Of a stretch of 64,000 nucleotides of DNA, positions 25,201 to 39,813 are shown piece by piece (the first letter of the stretch is position 1; each line of letters begins with the position of its first letter). The stretch covers positions 40,052,001 through 40,116,000 of the forward strand of contig CM114271.1 of assembly GCA_050084515.1 (NCBI GenBank). The letters are read 5' to 3'. Position numbers and translations under genes: made by a program. The stretch is from Blasia pusilla. Lineage: Eukaryota. The notes beneath the pieces were generated by a model. It worked only from the letters and a program-made list of their open reading frames with translations. It had not been told where the DNA came from and searched no databases.

Positions 25201-27890
25201 TACAAAGGAATTGCAAATGCACTCGCTAATGAACTCACAAAGGCACTTGCAAACGCGAAAACTTCAACCATGCATTCTCCTTTTGTCTCCAAACGCTCCA
25301 TTTTTTTTCCACCCAACTTTCCAAGACTCCTCTCCTCACTTTGGAACTAGTTTATTTCTATGCTGGAGCTAAGTCTTGAGATTTTTTTGGATTGGAATTT
25401 TTTTTCTTGTTTTTGAGGGATATATAGATGAGTGAAGTTCATAGTATTACATGTCTTTATTGTCCAAAATTATTGGTTCTAAACTATAAGAAATGAAGGT
25501 GGAAAAAAAGGGCAAAGCCATCCTTAAGAAAAACTTGGAAGGAGCCCATTGTTCTCACATGTCTCATAGACCCAAAAAATGAGTCATGACTGAACAAAAG
25601 AGGAGCAGAGACCAGCAAGTTTATCAGTTAAAAAAACCACTACTCTGCGGGTGTAAAAAAATTACTACTCAGTTTTACTATTTTGCAATAATTTTGGGAG
25701 TTATTTTTGTGACTTAACCTTATTGTCATATTGACACAAACATAACCCATAAGACATCATATCTGTATGTACACCAACAAATAAAGAGGCCACACAATTC
25801 GCATCCCTAGATTCCATGCTTATTGTGTGGTAGTAATTAGAATAGAGGGGGTACGAGCTAGTGTTCGATGTGTTTGGTGGTATGAGCACAAGTTCAGCGG
25901 CAATGTTGCATGCAAGGATTGGTTTGTAGCAATATTTGAACATGGAGAGGGATGAAACCACCCTATAGATATTCTTACATGATGCGTCACAGTTAGTGGG
26001 GTGCTATCCACACTTCTTGATAGTGTTGGCGGTTCGTGGTCTAGAGGTCCAAGAAGAAGAGGTCTTGCCAACAAGAAAAGAATTGCTTAGGGCATGTGAG
26101 TTGAGCAATGCAGGGCCCATCCACTAGGTGCTTGCATGGTGGTTATGTTAGGGACACTCTAGGCACGATTGGATGAGGCCGAGGGTTGCATGACCCGCTT
26201 TTATGTCTATTTTGGTAGTTTTAAAGGATATTGTGGTACTTCCAAGAGCAAAAGGAGCACTCTCCAAAATACATCTTAGAGAACATGCCATTATTGGGCG
26301 ATTTGTGCATGAATGGTGGTGAGTGTGCACCAAGTGAGGTTTTGATTTGGACTTGTACTGTTGTTTGATGATGCAAGTATGGACTTGTGAGCATATTGTT
26401 CCAAGTTATGGTGGGCAAACTTGTTAGCACAAGAGGTGTTGTGGCGTGCCTATAGGAGTATGCAGCGATATGTACACTTTAGTTTGCATAGTATTTTGAA
26501 TGTAGGGAGATGGTGAGATGTGATGATAGCTTGATCATCTTTGGAAGTGGTCAACCACATGGGCAAGCCAAGACCAATGTTGTTAAATTTTGTGAACGTT
26601 CCATCTTCGCATTCCGACAAAATCCTACTCTAGGCAATGCTTGAAAGACTCATCTTTCTAGAGTTGAAGATGAACTCTAGAAAGATGAGCCTCCCCTTGG
26701 GATATACTCATCTCTAGCCTTAAAGGGTCCAAGTGGACGGTACCTGCATAAAGATCACCTCAACATGTTCAATATGTTTCTACCAAATCAATAACTTCCA
26801 AGAAAACGCTCAAAGGGTGACATATGCATAAAGGTCACCAAGAGAGGCTAGTAGGTCACTCTTGGCTTCTTCACACTTAACAACTACGTACATAAACATC
26901 CTCCTTATTAAGACATATTATCTATTCTCACCAGATTAGAAATACAATGACAACTCTCCGGGTTGTTCATGTCAAACAAAGCCCACTTTCATATTAAGAG
27001 ACTAGATTACACATAATGAAAGGAGCACCATACCTCTATTTCATTATGAACGGAAGTTCAATAAGAAAAGAATGTACCTTCAAGTCTCTCTCTCCCCCGC
27101 CCCCCTCTTCCAAAAACCATCTCTCCGATGAGCTATGTGTGGAGGTCCCACTTTTAATCCTACTCTAAATTGGTAAATAAAAAATTTATCATCATGAAAA
27201 GTAGATTGAAAAGATTTTTTTTGGTTTTCCTGGCTGGACATAGTATTCCACACATCATCTGGGGTTAGTGTGGTTGCCCATGCCCATACACATTTTTAAT
27301 CTGTGAGAGGTTAATGGGATTTGCTATTGGATTTCGTGACCTTTGTTCAATTTTTAAAGATTTATTTAAAACGTTGTTAAAAAACTTATCCCACCAATCC
27401 AATTTCATCTCAATTTTCTTGATTTCGTGTGTGTTGTATTATGCTGACCTCCATCACAATTCTATCAATCCAATCCCTCTAAGAAAAGGCCTCACACCTG
27501 TTCATGTTGCGTTGTCTTTTTTCCGAACTGCCTGGAAGCCCGAACGCGTGTCACGTCCAAGGGTCGCCACCTACGTCGGGAGTATATGAATGGATTCAAA
27601 TCGTAGCCCTACTTATCATTCGACTCCACTTATTTCTCTAAACAATGACGTTTGGGGTTTCTGCGTAGTACCATGTCTTTCAGGCACATAGTATTCTTCG
27701 GCCCAAAACGTCAGAGGGAAAAGTGTGAAGAATGTCACGATTCCAGCTCCCACTGAGACCAAAAGTTACAGGATCAAAGAAAGAAAGCAGCTCGAAGATT
27801 GAGTCGACACGTCAAGAAACAGGGAGAATCTGTCGGGCATTGATGCAGAGGGGAGCGGACGCTTGAAATTGCTCGAAGTGGAGATCAGAC

Positions 27891-30800
27891 ATGGGGTCCC
27901 CATGGGAGGCTCTAGGAGTCATGGGTCGGATAGCAGGGAAATTGAAATCCTCGATTGTGTTTGCTGTCCTCATGCTGATGTTTGGGATTTGTTTTGCTTC
28001 GGCTTCGCCGGTGGGTTTTGATGTGAGACAGCACTTGTCCACTACAACCAGGTGAGGCAAATTGCAAGTGGACTTTCTGAGTGCAGTACTAGTGCAGGTT
28101 TGATGAAGAAAAGGTCCCAGCGTTGCACTTGAGAGCCCTATGGAAATTGAGGTCTCGACCATGATTGCCCTGTAGGTACGGTGCTGGTAAAGCATATGCC
28201 GGTAATGTTGAGGAAATTCCACACACGCCTGAAGGCTGTGTCCCCATCCATCTCAACCTCGTGGTAGGCTGCCAATATTCTGTGCCAGTACAGCTAACTG
28301 GAATTCATTTGTTTCATAGCTACAAATTGTTTGCTCACAATTCGCTCTGTTAGAGAGCGTCTACGGTTTCAGTCCATGCGAGTCAAAATTCATGACGGAT
28401 CGTTTCCTGTATTCTTTTATAATGAGAATTGCTACAGAAGAGTCGGGCTTATAAATTAGATCCTTGACAGTAAATTATCACAGTGTAGTGAAGGTGAACT
28501 CAGACATGAGCTCGATCCTCGACAGCTGAGCTTGTGGGTGTATCTTCTAGTTTTTTTCCTGAGGTTTGTTGTGTGATTCATCATCATGTGGCAGTCGGAT
28601 AGTTACAGACTGTAGTCGGGATACCATCTTTTGTGGGGTGTCATAGCTGCTTCGACGACAAGCAGGGTGCATTTATTTGGAAGCTTATTCCGATTCAGCT
28701 GAAGCTTTTTGTATTTTCTTTTTGGTATATAGGCTTTCCCCCCTCACATGAAGACCCATACTAGCTTGGGTGATCATGATTTGCGAAAGATGAAATCTTG
28801 ATGGACGAAATTGTGCTTACAGTGCCTAAGTTTGTGGTAATGTACCTTTGTGGATGCGGCTGTAGGCCCGGCATGGGACTCGTTCTCCTACACTCAAGCG
28901 CATAAAGGAACTTGATGCACTGGTTGCACGAATTACCAAATTATCGGAGAACCCAAAAGAGGGCCCCAAACGCCCAGATTGGTTGCAGGGGTTTCAGTCA
29001 CCGTGGCATGGTCGAAAGGTTGGCGGCGAACTTACTCCTGCAGGAGAGCGGGAAATGTACGAGCTTGGGCAGAGGTTACGGCATAGGTACCAAGAGTTGT
29101 TTCAGTATGATTATCACCCTGACATTTATCCAATCACTGCAACTCAGGTTCCTACTCGCCCTTTTCTTGGAGAGTCTTGGTGGGGAAACAGTCTTCAGTG
29201 ACGCACAACCCTGTTTCTATGTGAGACAGTCCTGGTTAGAAGTTTGAGGATAGATTTTGATACTGAATTTTCTTTTATCCGCAGCCTGCCCTAACAAGTT
29301 CACTTTTCAACAAATATATTCTAATATTCCCTCAAGGTGAATTTTGTGTTTGTTAAACACAAAATTCAGACCTACAACACAAAATTTTGTGTTTAAGTTT
29401 GTGTAGACATGTATGTTGCTTCTTTTCTGCACATCATCTCTGTTTCTGTGAATGTCATGACAACCCCTGTCCATGTATTGGACTGATGGGAATTTAAACA
29501 ATACCACATTGATGCTAAGGCTTTTGGAAGTTTTTATTATGTTAGGTCATTAAACAATGCTGTCTGCTATGTTGGTCTGGTGGACTTGTCACTACACGTG
29601 TGTTTTCCTTAAGTGCATGAATTTTGTTCACACCTTCATGCAGGTTTCGAGGTCAGCAGCCAGTGCTGTGGCCTTCGGGATGGGTCTATTTGAAGGGAAA
29701 GGAGACTTGGGAGAAGCCAAGTATCGAGCATTTTCTGTTATCACAGACAGCAGAAAATCAGACATCCACCTCCGTTTTCATGAGTCTTGCATGGCATACA
29801 AGGTTTATTATTCTCTCTACCTTTCCACTGAACATAATTTAGCTTTGGGAGCTGAGTATTCACCTTGTGACATAGTCTACTTGTGCATTAGAATCCGTGG
29901 CAAATGCAATTTTTGCAACTAGGCTAAATGTACTTCTTATATTGAAAATCATCCCCTCCGCAGGATATGTACATTCTCGAGTATTTCCTTGCTGTGGAAG
30001 AAGAACAGCAAGGAACCATTTGTTTATGTTGACGTAATGAATTTGACTTTGGTCTGAGCTACGACTTGATCATGCCTGTTAGCTTGCCAGCATAGACATC
30101 CACTGTTTGTTCTGAGGCTGAAAATTGTATGTCTAACTGTATCCAGCTGATTAGAGTCAACAATGAGTTAATATTACACAGAACACCCAGCTGCTTCCTA
30201 TTTTCATGGGCTGGGGTATGGTTAGATATACGGACAGAAGGTATTGAGGATTAAATTCTCTTTCAAGCTAAGGGGCAAACTAAGCTAATACTTACCTGGT
30301 ACATCTCAATGGGTATCTCCTTGCGTATTTACAACTACACAGTGATCACTCTCCAAACTGCATTCTGTGAGGCAGAGGGTCATGAGTGAAAAAACTGCAC
30401 CTCTACTGAGCGGATGACGATTCTAGCTACAAGGCTAACAGGAGTAAGGCTACAGCCTGTATTTAATAATCTCGCCAATAACCTTACCTACCTTCAACTG
30501 TATCTTCAAACCTTAAATTGCAGGGTCAAAGGAAATCCTAAACTAAGACGTTACTGGTTTCTAGTTGAAGATAATTGTTCCTTCAGATGATGTGTACAGT
30601 CTGGGACTGAGTTACATGTTTGGAACAGAAGAAATTCTTTTGAATCAAAGGTCTCTTACAGTGATCATCATGTCTGACAATCCCTTTGTATTCAGAGAAA
30701 GCAATCCTCCCTCTGATGGGTTGAAACATGTTCTACTTTTGGGCAGTGGTGAGTCTGAACAGGCTGTAACAAGCATTCTGCTAGCAGATCTAAACCTTTA

Positions 30801-33800
30801 GATACTAGGCTGAGAGACTGGAGTCCTGAAATAGCTAGTCTGCTTGCATGCGAACCATGGATTCTGGACCATGACTGGTTCTGAGTGAGGAAAAGCCATT
30901 TTCAAAGGCATTATCTCATGAGAGAAGGAGTAGGACCTACTTTCCTGAAACTCACTCCCAAGGTCAAATTTTGACTCTGAGTATGGTTGGTACTTTTGCA
31001 TTAATTATCCAGTCACAACGAGCAGGGTCTGGCTGATCTGAAAGCAATCTTCTTGAGATGAAGTAGACGTTAGCTGATCTTGCTGTGTTTGGATGGTTTC
31101 AGGAGTCCAAAAGAATTCGAAAGCCTGCTGTTGACGTGTGGCAGAATGAAGTGTACACACAAATAGCAACATCAATGGATGGAATGCATAATTTGAATTT
31201 GACCCAAGAGGACGTCGGATCTCTTTGGCTTCTTTGCAAGCAGGTGAAGCCTAGACTCTGCAAGAAGTGTCAGGTTATAAGGTCTATGTTATATTTATAT
31301 CTTACTGCTGTAGAAAATGCTATGTATGACATTTCATTTGGAAAGCCTTTTCTTATGTCTGGGTCTTGTCAGTCTTGTTTGTGTCATAATTGGGTGATTC
31401 AGCTTGAATATGGTCCCTCACTGGTGTTTGAAGGTGCCAAACAGGTTTCATCATAACTGTATCCTTAAGATGATAGAATGAATGAATGAATAGATTTATT
31501 GTCCACGGGGACCCCACAGGTCCATGGGACTTAGTTTTGCAAAAATAACAGCAATTTGAAGAAAGAACCAGCAAAGCACCAGCAAGGGTGTGAGAGGTCC
31601 TTTGCGCCAGTTGATTTTCTCTTGTCTTGACACAACAATGTATGAACTTAGCGATCTGAATCTGATTCAGCCTAGTCATGAATTCAGAGATCTTGAGGGC
31701 TGGGTGAGCAAAGAGATCTGGGAAGTCAGGTCTAATGTGATTGTGGAAGGTGCAGTGGAAGAGGTAATGATGTTCATCATCAATGAGCCCCGAGTTGCAA
31801 AATCTACATAATCCATCCTCTCTTTTGTTCTGTGAGAATTTTCCTTTCTCAATCTCAAGGTCAGTTGAGCCACATCTGAATCTTGCTAATGTATGATGTA
31901 ACTTAGTGGGAATGGGGGCAAGGAGGTAAGAGGCTTGCTGCATGGATCTGCCAGTGTTCATGAGGGTGTGGTAGCGCCTAATGCTTTCTCCAATTTTGTG
32001 AGATGTGTTCTCCCTAGTCTCGCAAAGCCGCTGGTACTGATCCTAGTTGTGGAGATGTAATTGCTGTGTAGTTGTTCAGCCAGGTCCTGGTTGGTGGCCG
32101 TGGGCAGGTCATTGATTGAGATGCCTCATTTCATGAGCCACTCCTTGCAGTCATAGTACCAATTTTTTGCCCCAAGAGCTGCACTACTTTTAGATGCCTC
32201 AAAGGCTCTGGCTGAGAGACGATTGGGATTGTCCTCACAAATATCCTGAAGGTGTTGGAGGAATGTGATCAGATTTTTAACTCCACGAATCTCCATTGGG
32301 ACCTCTCCAAACTCAGCCAGTAGAATGTTGTGGGGAGTGGTTCTCCTAATGCCCAAACTCTGTGGCATGAAGAGTTTTTGGGGGGACCTCTAGACCTTGG
32401 GGCCATGCCTTAGGGCGGGGGCTCCACACCTCAGATGCATAGAGTATGGCTGGGATCAGAACAGCTTTGAAGAGGTGGAATTTTTGTGGAATATGCCAGA
32501 GGGAGGGTGTAAACGACTGTATACATACTATCAGGGTTTCAGCCAATAAAGGTTGCATTAAGAAGAATATTCATGCATGCGAATTCTCTCTAACTCTCAC
32601 TACTTGCTTTCAGTTAGAAGAGAATGATGATGAGGATGTAGACAACTGTGTATTCCTTCTTTTGCTTTCAAAATGTGAAGATTCTTTACAGGAAAGACGT
32701 ATGACTCTCATCCATCTTGGATGATCATGGACGTCAGTCTTGTTGGTGATGAATGTGACAGCTCTCTCCGTGATGTGTCAGGAAGCGTCAATTTTAGATA
32801 TTACTGACCGTGCCTGCGGGCTCTTCAATGCTGGTGAGGTAAGATCTGAAGGATACCACTTTCTAAGCTGTAGATTTGCGACATTAGAAGTGTACACATA
32901 GAAGTTCTGGTGTGGGTTGACATGAGGTATGTGAATCTAGCGCACAGACCGAATAGATGGTATTGTTTTGAATGATTCAAGCCTGGTTGCACATGCATAC
33001 TGTGCAGGTTGAGCTTCTTGAGTGGGCAGATGATGTACAAGCGCATCATCTCAAGGGCTATGGGGAAGCCATAAACTACAGGATGGGTGTACCTCTTCTC
33101 GAAGACGTTATTAAAACAATGGAACGTGCGATTTCTGCCAGCGAAGGTAGTTTGAATCCATAAAGCATTCGGAAGGCACTCCCTTCTTAGGGTAACATCA
33201 GTTGCTTTGTCAATTGCTGTGTTGTAGGCCCAGTGTACCTTAGCTGTGACTGTGGATAGCAATCCAAATGCATCAATGTCGTATGTGTAAACCTGCTGTG
33301 TGACCTTTCTTGTGTGATATGGTCAAGGTATAGTAGTGAGAGTCTTATCTTTTCAAATCATGCAGCTCGTCCCAATTAGTGAATTGTAACTTTGTGTTGT
33401 GCTATCATTGGCTGTGAATGTCACATGAACTCTTGCCTTTGTTTTGCAGTATTTGGTGAGTTGTATTTTTCCTTATTTGTTATGTGTATGCATGCCCTTC
33501 CCATATGGCAAATTTGTTTGAAAGGTTTAATAGATAGTCTTGTTTGGCTGTATACTGAGCCTTGGTGAGAATAATACATGTTTAAATTTTCTCATATTGA
33601 CTTTATGAGAAAATTGCCTGGTTTTCAGGATCTCAAGTTGATGGGGCCGTAGAATCAGCCAAACTGCGGGTTGCCCATGCAGAGACTATCATACCCTTCA
33701 CCTGCTTGCTGGGCCTATTCTTGGAGAATATAGGTAATCACTCAGAAACTTCTCCTGGTTTCTATGACATAGAATGTGCTGGGTCCCAACTTGGATTGTG

Positions 33801-36142
33801 GCTGCAGTCATTTACTTTACCTTTTATTAACACTTCATATGTACATCGTATGACAACGGAGTGCATCAGCCTTTTTTTAGTGGTTGCAATGCTGACCGCC
33901 CCTCCAGCCACAACTGCGGAGGCTAGTCTGCCGGAGGCACTTTAGTTTGGTTGCAGATGATAGAAGGTGGAAGTAATGAAACTGAATGTAGAAGGATGAT
34001 GGTTGAGCTAACATGTTTGAAATGCTTTCTCTCTCTCTCTCTCTATATATACCCTAAGAGAGAACCGTCCAACCAGGGCGCGGGGTCTATGGTCGCAAGG
34101 CTACGACAGGCACTACTTAATGAGTACAGTCTCTCTATATATATGTAGATATAGATATGGTGTAGCATGTTGCAACAGCCTCGCTTCGCAATCTAACTGC
34201 TCTCTAGCTTTCTTGCCCAAATGATTGACATTGTGGTTGCTGGGTTCAATACTAACAAGTTGGCCTTGACTGGCTACAATCCGTGCAGTCACCTACCTGA
34301 ACAGAGTGTATGGTCATGAATGAGAGAATTTTGATGTACACCTAATGCAGGGGTAGATATCAACCTTTGGGTGACACTGAACAGCTATTATTTTTTGCTT
34401 TTCCTCAACCCGGGCTTCTGGGCAATTCACAATTCCTCTATTTCATTGTAGACTCCATTCCTCTAATGAAGTCTTGCTGTTTCTTCCTCTTCTTTGAAGT
34501 TTTTGACCTTTCCCGAGACAACTGCAGCACCATTTCTGAGACTAAATGTATGCCCCGCAGTTTCAATTCTACTGAGTACTAGACTTGGGCATTTGCCTAC
34601 AGTATCAGAAATTTGAAGCGTACAATCATCCCATTCTGCAGGTAGTACTCCTGGTGAAGGACATTGTGTGGATATCCATTTTAGGAGACTAGTAACTCGT
34701 CAGACTCAAACTTTTGGCATAGTGTTCAAATCTGTGACAACGATCTGTTGGGGTGTTGGAACTACTCAGACATAATCGTCACATGAAATGAGGGCTTTTA
34801 CATATGTGTTGAAAGTTTGAAGGTGGGATTTTGTTGGATATCAATGATTGCTTCCCCAAATATCGGGAGCTGGGTCTTCAGATGAATGTGGGGTAATAAC
34901 AAGAATGCCAAAGCGCACATGTGCTGCTTATCCTTCAAATGGACATAGATAAAGGTTCTTATGCATGCTGTTTTCTTAACACGCTCCAGACAAACAGGTT
35001 ATCATTCTGTACTTACCCCTGACAGCTATGCAGTAGTTTGTACACCATGTTTTCTTATTGATGATACCTCTTGTCCCCCTCAGATATCTCCCGACTACAA
35101 AGTGAGGAACCCTTGGCTCACCCACTCCGGCCTCCTCACCAACGAAAATGGAAAGGAAGCCTTGTGGCACCTTTTGGAGCAAATACTGCGATTGTTTTAC
35201 ACAAGTGCTTAAATGATTCAAATGAAAGTAAAAATGCTCCCAAAACTGAGGAGAAAAGCTCTCACTACCTGGTTCAAGTACTACACAATGAGAATCCTGT
35301 CTCAATGCCAGTAAGCCCCTCAACCTTGCTTGTAATTTTTGGTACATATTGGCTTGTATTCCACTTGAAAGTTGAAACAAGATTCTAAAATTTTGCTCTC
35401 CTTGTGGGAGCAAGTAGGGGCATATGTTTCCCTTGTGGGCATGTTCACCTACATATCGACACACTACAATGTGGCCTAGTGTGTTGATGTCTGTCACTTT
35501 CATTAGATATTGAGAATCCTGACCCATCACTGCCGAAGGAGACGGAATCTGACTAAATGGCAATACATATGCAGGCGTGCAGAGGAGCACATTTCTGTCC
35601 CTTCTCAGAATTTAAGGTGAGATTAAATCAGTCTAAACTGCGGGCCTGATCTTAGAGCTTACTCATCAAAGCTAAGCTCACAGATGTGTGAATGTTTGTG
35701 AGAGATGTCGATTTCTCAATCCGACATGGTTATCAACTTGTTTCGAACATGTCAATGTTTAGACCAGGAATAAGGTGTCTACTGTTTGTCTGCTGCGTGC
35801 CACACCGTTCATGTGCAAATGTCGAGTTTTTTCCCTCCTGACTGGACGTGGTTTTCACGTAAGAGCATGAAATTAAGAACCGGATCTTAGATTTAATATC
35901 ATATTGTATCAGACTGCATTTTTCCAACGGTCTTTTGGTTTTATATTGCTCAGGATTCTGTTGCGGGGCCACATTTGAAGCACAGCTTTGAATCTCTCTG
36001 TGCTGTGGAAATCAAGCACAAGCCAGTGACGAAGTCTTGGGGGCGGAAACTCATTCTTGCAGTCAGTAGCATATTTAGATGGCCTTGGCAATCTACAGAT
36101 CCATTAGCGGCACCATCACACAGTTGTAAAGACGAATTGTAG
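27891..36142 (+). CDS. MINPP1: Multiple inositol polyphosphate phosphatase (histidine acid phosphatase), 11 exons: 27891-28051, 28176-28263, 28866-29147, 29644-29802, 31103-31243, 32782-32838, 33008-33146, 33629-33733, 35084-35310, 35575-35616, 35954-36142
   Basis: Hydrophobic signal peptide then FDVRQHLSTTTRY; catalytic ARHGTRSPT (RHGxRxP); LRVAHAETIIP; APFGAN; VLHNE; C-terminal KDEL-stop. All junctions are GT-AG and frame-consistent. Confidence 0.93.
31475..32520 (-). mobile_element. 5'-truncated LINE (RTE-X/L2-like 3' part) in intron 5 of the MINPP gene
   Basis: LIPAILYASEVW, LGIRRTTP...LLAEFGEVP and LARFRCGSTDLEIEKG...CRFC...DEHHYLFHC. Ends in AATAAA plus an (ATTC)n tail near 31475-31502. 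Confidence 0.8.
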
Positions 36143-38811
36143 CGGTCAGACATGTTAGGTTTGCGAGACTGTTTTACTCCCTGTTCTCTGGAGAGCTGTA
36201 ACAAGAACTCTGTAGAGCCTTTGGTTTATCCGATAGGGTAAACCCAAAGTAATGGTATTAAAACTTTGAAGCGAGGGATTATTTTCTGAAATTATGTTCA
36301 ATTTTGTCGCGAGATGTTTTATATTAATATTCGTGTTGAAACCGGGCTAAAGATAGTTTTCAAAACATCTTGAACCAGTATCGACACCGTCGCACTGATG
36401 AGAAATGAGGAGATCGCCAAACCTCAAGTCATGGCAAGGATGTTTCTGAAGTCAGAATCTCTAGGCGTAGCAATGACACATTGAGCGTCGCGAAACAGCA
36501 TGGAACACGAGGGAGATGCGACAGCCGTCCTTCGCGTGAGGCAGGAACTTCGATTGTACTCCGTGTTTCGCGGGTTTGACATCTGCAGAGATTTTAGACA
36601 AAAGAATGAGCCATGCGGTTCTGCTCACGCCCACTACGTGATGGATGCCCACCCAGCGAGTACCGCAAAGCGGATAGGGAGAAATAGGGCGAAGAGGTCA
36701 GTAGCAACGGATGAAGAAAAGGGTCACAACGTAAGAAATCCCGTGTAAGCAGGCGTGACTAGTGTTCTAAATCTTCTGATCCGATTCTGTTATAAGTGAC
36801 CACATACAATCGGTAGGAAGACGACAACGTAGATAAAGTACGACGAGCGTCAAGCCGTGGTGGCGTGAGCAGGTGGAGGTGCAGGGCCCATGGCTCCGAA
36901 GAACAGTTCAGAACTCATCGACAAGTATTGACTGAATGTTCACTTCCAACAGCGCTATCCACCACAGTGCTTACGTCCACATATTGACCTTTTCGGCTGC
37001 CATCCATTCTGGCGCTATCTCCTCCAGCGTCCGGTAGCGTAGAGTAAGCGTGAAGAAAAGCAAATTGACTTGGAACGTCCCATGAGTACTTCGAATGTAT
37101 GAGACGTGCAAACATTGACTTCTCCCCAACATGTAATTGCCGTGCTATAATGGCAGCGAATCTAAGGGCGGGCGATAGTCGTTTGGAAACTGCAGTAGAG
37201 TAGCCCCGCACAATCATTCTATTTCATTTCATTTCACAATTTCTTAAAGGACGTTTGTCAACGGACGAGCGTCTGTTGCTGATCATGCTGTCTCCGCCAG
37301 TTCACTTCCGGAATTCAACGCCAAGGCAAATGCGATGTAGTCCTTCCATGACTGTGCGAGACTTTTCATTCGTCTTCCACAGCAAAATCCCCTCACGTTC
37401 ACGTATCGTGCTATCCGCTAGCCCTAGCGCTTCCCTGACGACGCGTAGTTGCTCGCGGTTTTCAGGCATTTTTAACCCTTTCCACGGTATTTATACAAAC
37501 CCGAACTGCGGATCTCGCATTTCTTTCTTTTCACTTCTGTCTGCAATTTTAATACGGAAAAGAAGATAAAACTCGTCAAAATGAGGTGGTCGTAAAGGGG
37601 GCGTATTGGGAAAACCGCTTTCCCGACAGGATTCGTGCCTCGAGATCGCGCATCTTTTTTAATCATTGAAAACTAGTAATAACTATTATTAATAAAAAAA
37701 GGAAAAGAAAAAGGCCTGGACGGTGACGTCAAAGTTGGTGTAGAGGGAACATCTGAGGAAGCTGGACTGCTAGCAATCGATCCCCAAATTGGAGGTCCCC
37801 AACCACTAAGCTTTTGTGAGAAAGAGAAGCGGTAAAACTTATTATTTCTCTGAATGAGAAGTTCCACTTTTTTTCCCCTACTAATACAATACGGACCTTG
37901 AGGAAGCGAGAGCTTGATAAGAGTTCCAAGGTCTACGAGTTATGAGTTTCATCTTCTTTTCCCATAAATTATGAATAAACTTGTATTCTTGTCGAGTTGT
38001 GTTTCTCTATTGATTGGGGGCTGGAGGGGCAAGGCTATGGAGACATCCCATGCTCTCATTTCATGCGCCTTTGCACGAGATTCCACGTCCTTTGCACGAA
38101 CCCTCATTTGGACGAGGAGTTGAGCAACACTTGGATAAGAAAAGGGGTGGAAAGGAGGAGGAACTGATATGTGTATGTAGAAGACTCGTCCATTTAGGCG
38201 TGGGCTCGCCGTTCTAAGCATGAGAGTCGATCTTTGGGAAACCTTACCAAATCTAATCATCTTCATGGGTTCCTCCTGTAACGCTATGGGATTTGTCATA
38301 TTTCCTACCGGGAAATCGGGTCTATATTTGGATGTAGGGCTGTATGCGAACGTCGTGCTCCATTGCGCTTATCGTCGTCGTCGAGATCTTTAAAACTAAG
38401 AGTGCCCATCTCCATAGATCGATGTACCATCACTTTGGATCAAAAAGTGACTCGTTCTCTTCTTTTTTTTGGATGTTATGTTGGGGGATTCTCTCCCGCT
38501 TTTAACAGCCGGAAATGGTTATTATGTTGTATGAACTAGTTTCGACTACAATAAATAGAGAAATACTTCGTCTTAGAGAAAAGAAAAAAAACTTTGGGGT
38601 AGTTTTATGTTAAAAATTTAAAAAGTGATTTGTTTTTTGGGAATTTGACCAGCTAGCTTTATTCATGACCCTTGATTTCTTGGAATATTGCCCTAACCCC
38701 ATTAGCTAATGGGGTTAGGGCATGCCAAGCTCTAATCGTCTCTAATGCTAGTCCATCCGATAACAGTTAGGGCATGCGGGGATGTTAGTAGTGATCCATG
38801 TCATTAAGTGA

Positions 38812-39813
38812 CTAGTGTACGGCCCCTGCCATGCACGGGAGTGAAGGATTAACAATTTTGCGCACAAATTAAAAAAATTTCCTTGATACCCATAGTTTGG
38901 GAAACATTTTCTTACTTCTCAATTGCCACATGTCAAACAGACAAGTGTTTGCAAATCAAGAAGCCACTCTCCAATAATAATATAGATGATGCCTCCTATT
39001 AAACCGCTTTGTACCCTTTTTACACACATCATTTCACTCGGTGATTTAAAAACATGAGTAGCACGACAAAGCGTTTAGGGTTTGGGACATATGTGGGGAA
39101 TATATGTGATGTGCTCTCAATTACAAGAGTAGAGGCATGGCACCTAGTTGATGAGGCATCTACATAACAAACATGATGCGTTGGTGGCAAATGATAGTGA
39201 AATCTTTATACATTAAGTGGGAAAAAGGTAGGTGTAATATATAGATGTGTTGGGACATAATATATCTCATTGATTGAAAGATTATATATAATCATTTTGC
39301 AAGAGCCTATCATTGAAAGCCTCCATTGAAAGGAACCATCAAAAGTCATTTGATGTTCAACCAAACATAGATATGATGTTTGCAAGATATTCCATTTCAT
39401 CATGCAACATTGCATGTTTGGGAGTATATATTGCAATAGATTTTTCAAAAGTGATATGATGTTTAGCCAAAATAAAATACAAATAGATTATCATAATTAA
39501 TTTTTGTAAAATTTTGTGATGTGACATATAATGTAGTAACTTTTTTTCATAATTTTAGATTAAGAAAAGTCTGATGAGATATCTTTTTGTGATGTCCAAC
39601 TTGATTATATGGCATGCATGTTCTTATCAAATGTGAATATCTATTGTTTTTAGTATGCGTGTCACTATGGGAAATGGATAATCATACCTAACGGAGGATA
39701 TTTTTCCAAAAGAAATTATAGATTGGATACTCGGGCAAATGCATAGTACACAAAACTATAACACTCTACTTAAACTTAGGTGAAAATATACTCTTTGCAC
39801 TTATTATAGTGGA
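38812..39813 (-). mobile_element. Possible non-autonomous Helitron
   Basis: Minus-strand 3' end CCCGTGCATGGCAGGGG hairpin then CTAG|T at 38812. Candidate 5' end TCCACTATAATAA at 39813 lacks the expected preceding A. Confidence 0.4.

Noticed and set aside
24212-26650. Diverged inverted repeat (~24212-24243 versus ~25066-25097) and possible transposase relic at 25700-26650
   Set aside because: Too decayed to assign a family or TSD.
36400-37600. Possible minus-strand transcription unit (TATA-like near 37490, ORF 36915-37217) or miRNA precursor
   Set aside because: No recognisable protein motif, known miRNA or clear fold-back seen; needs RNA-seq.
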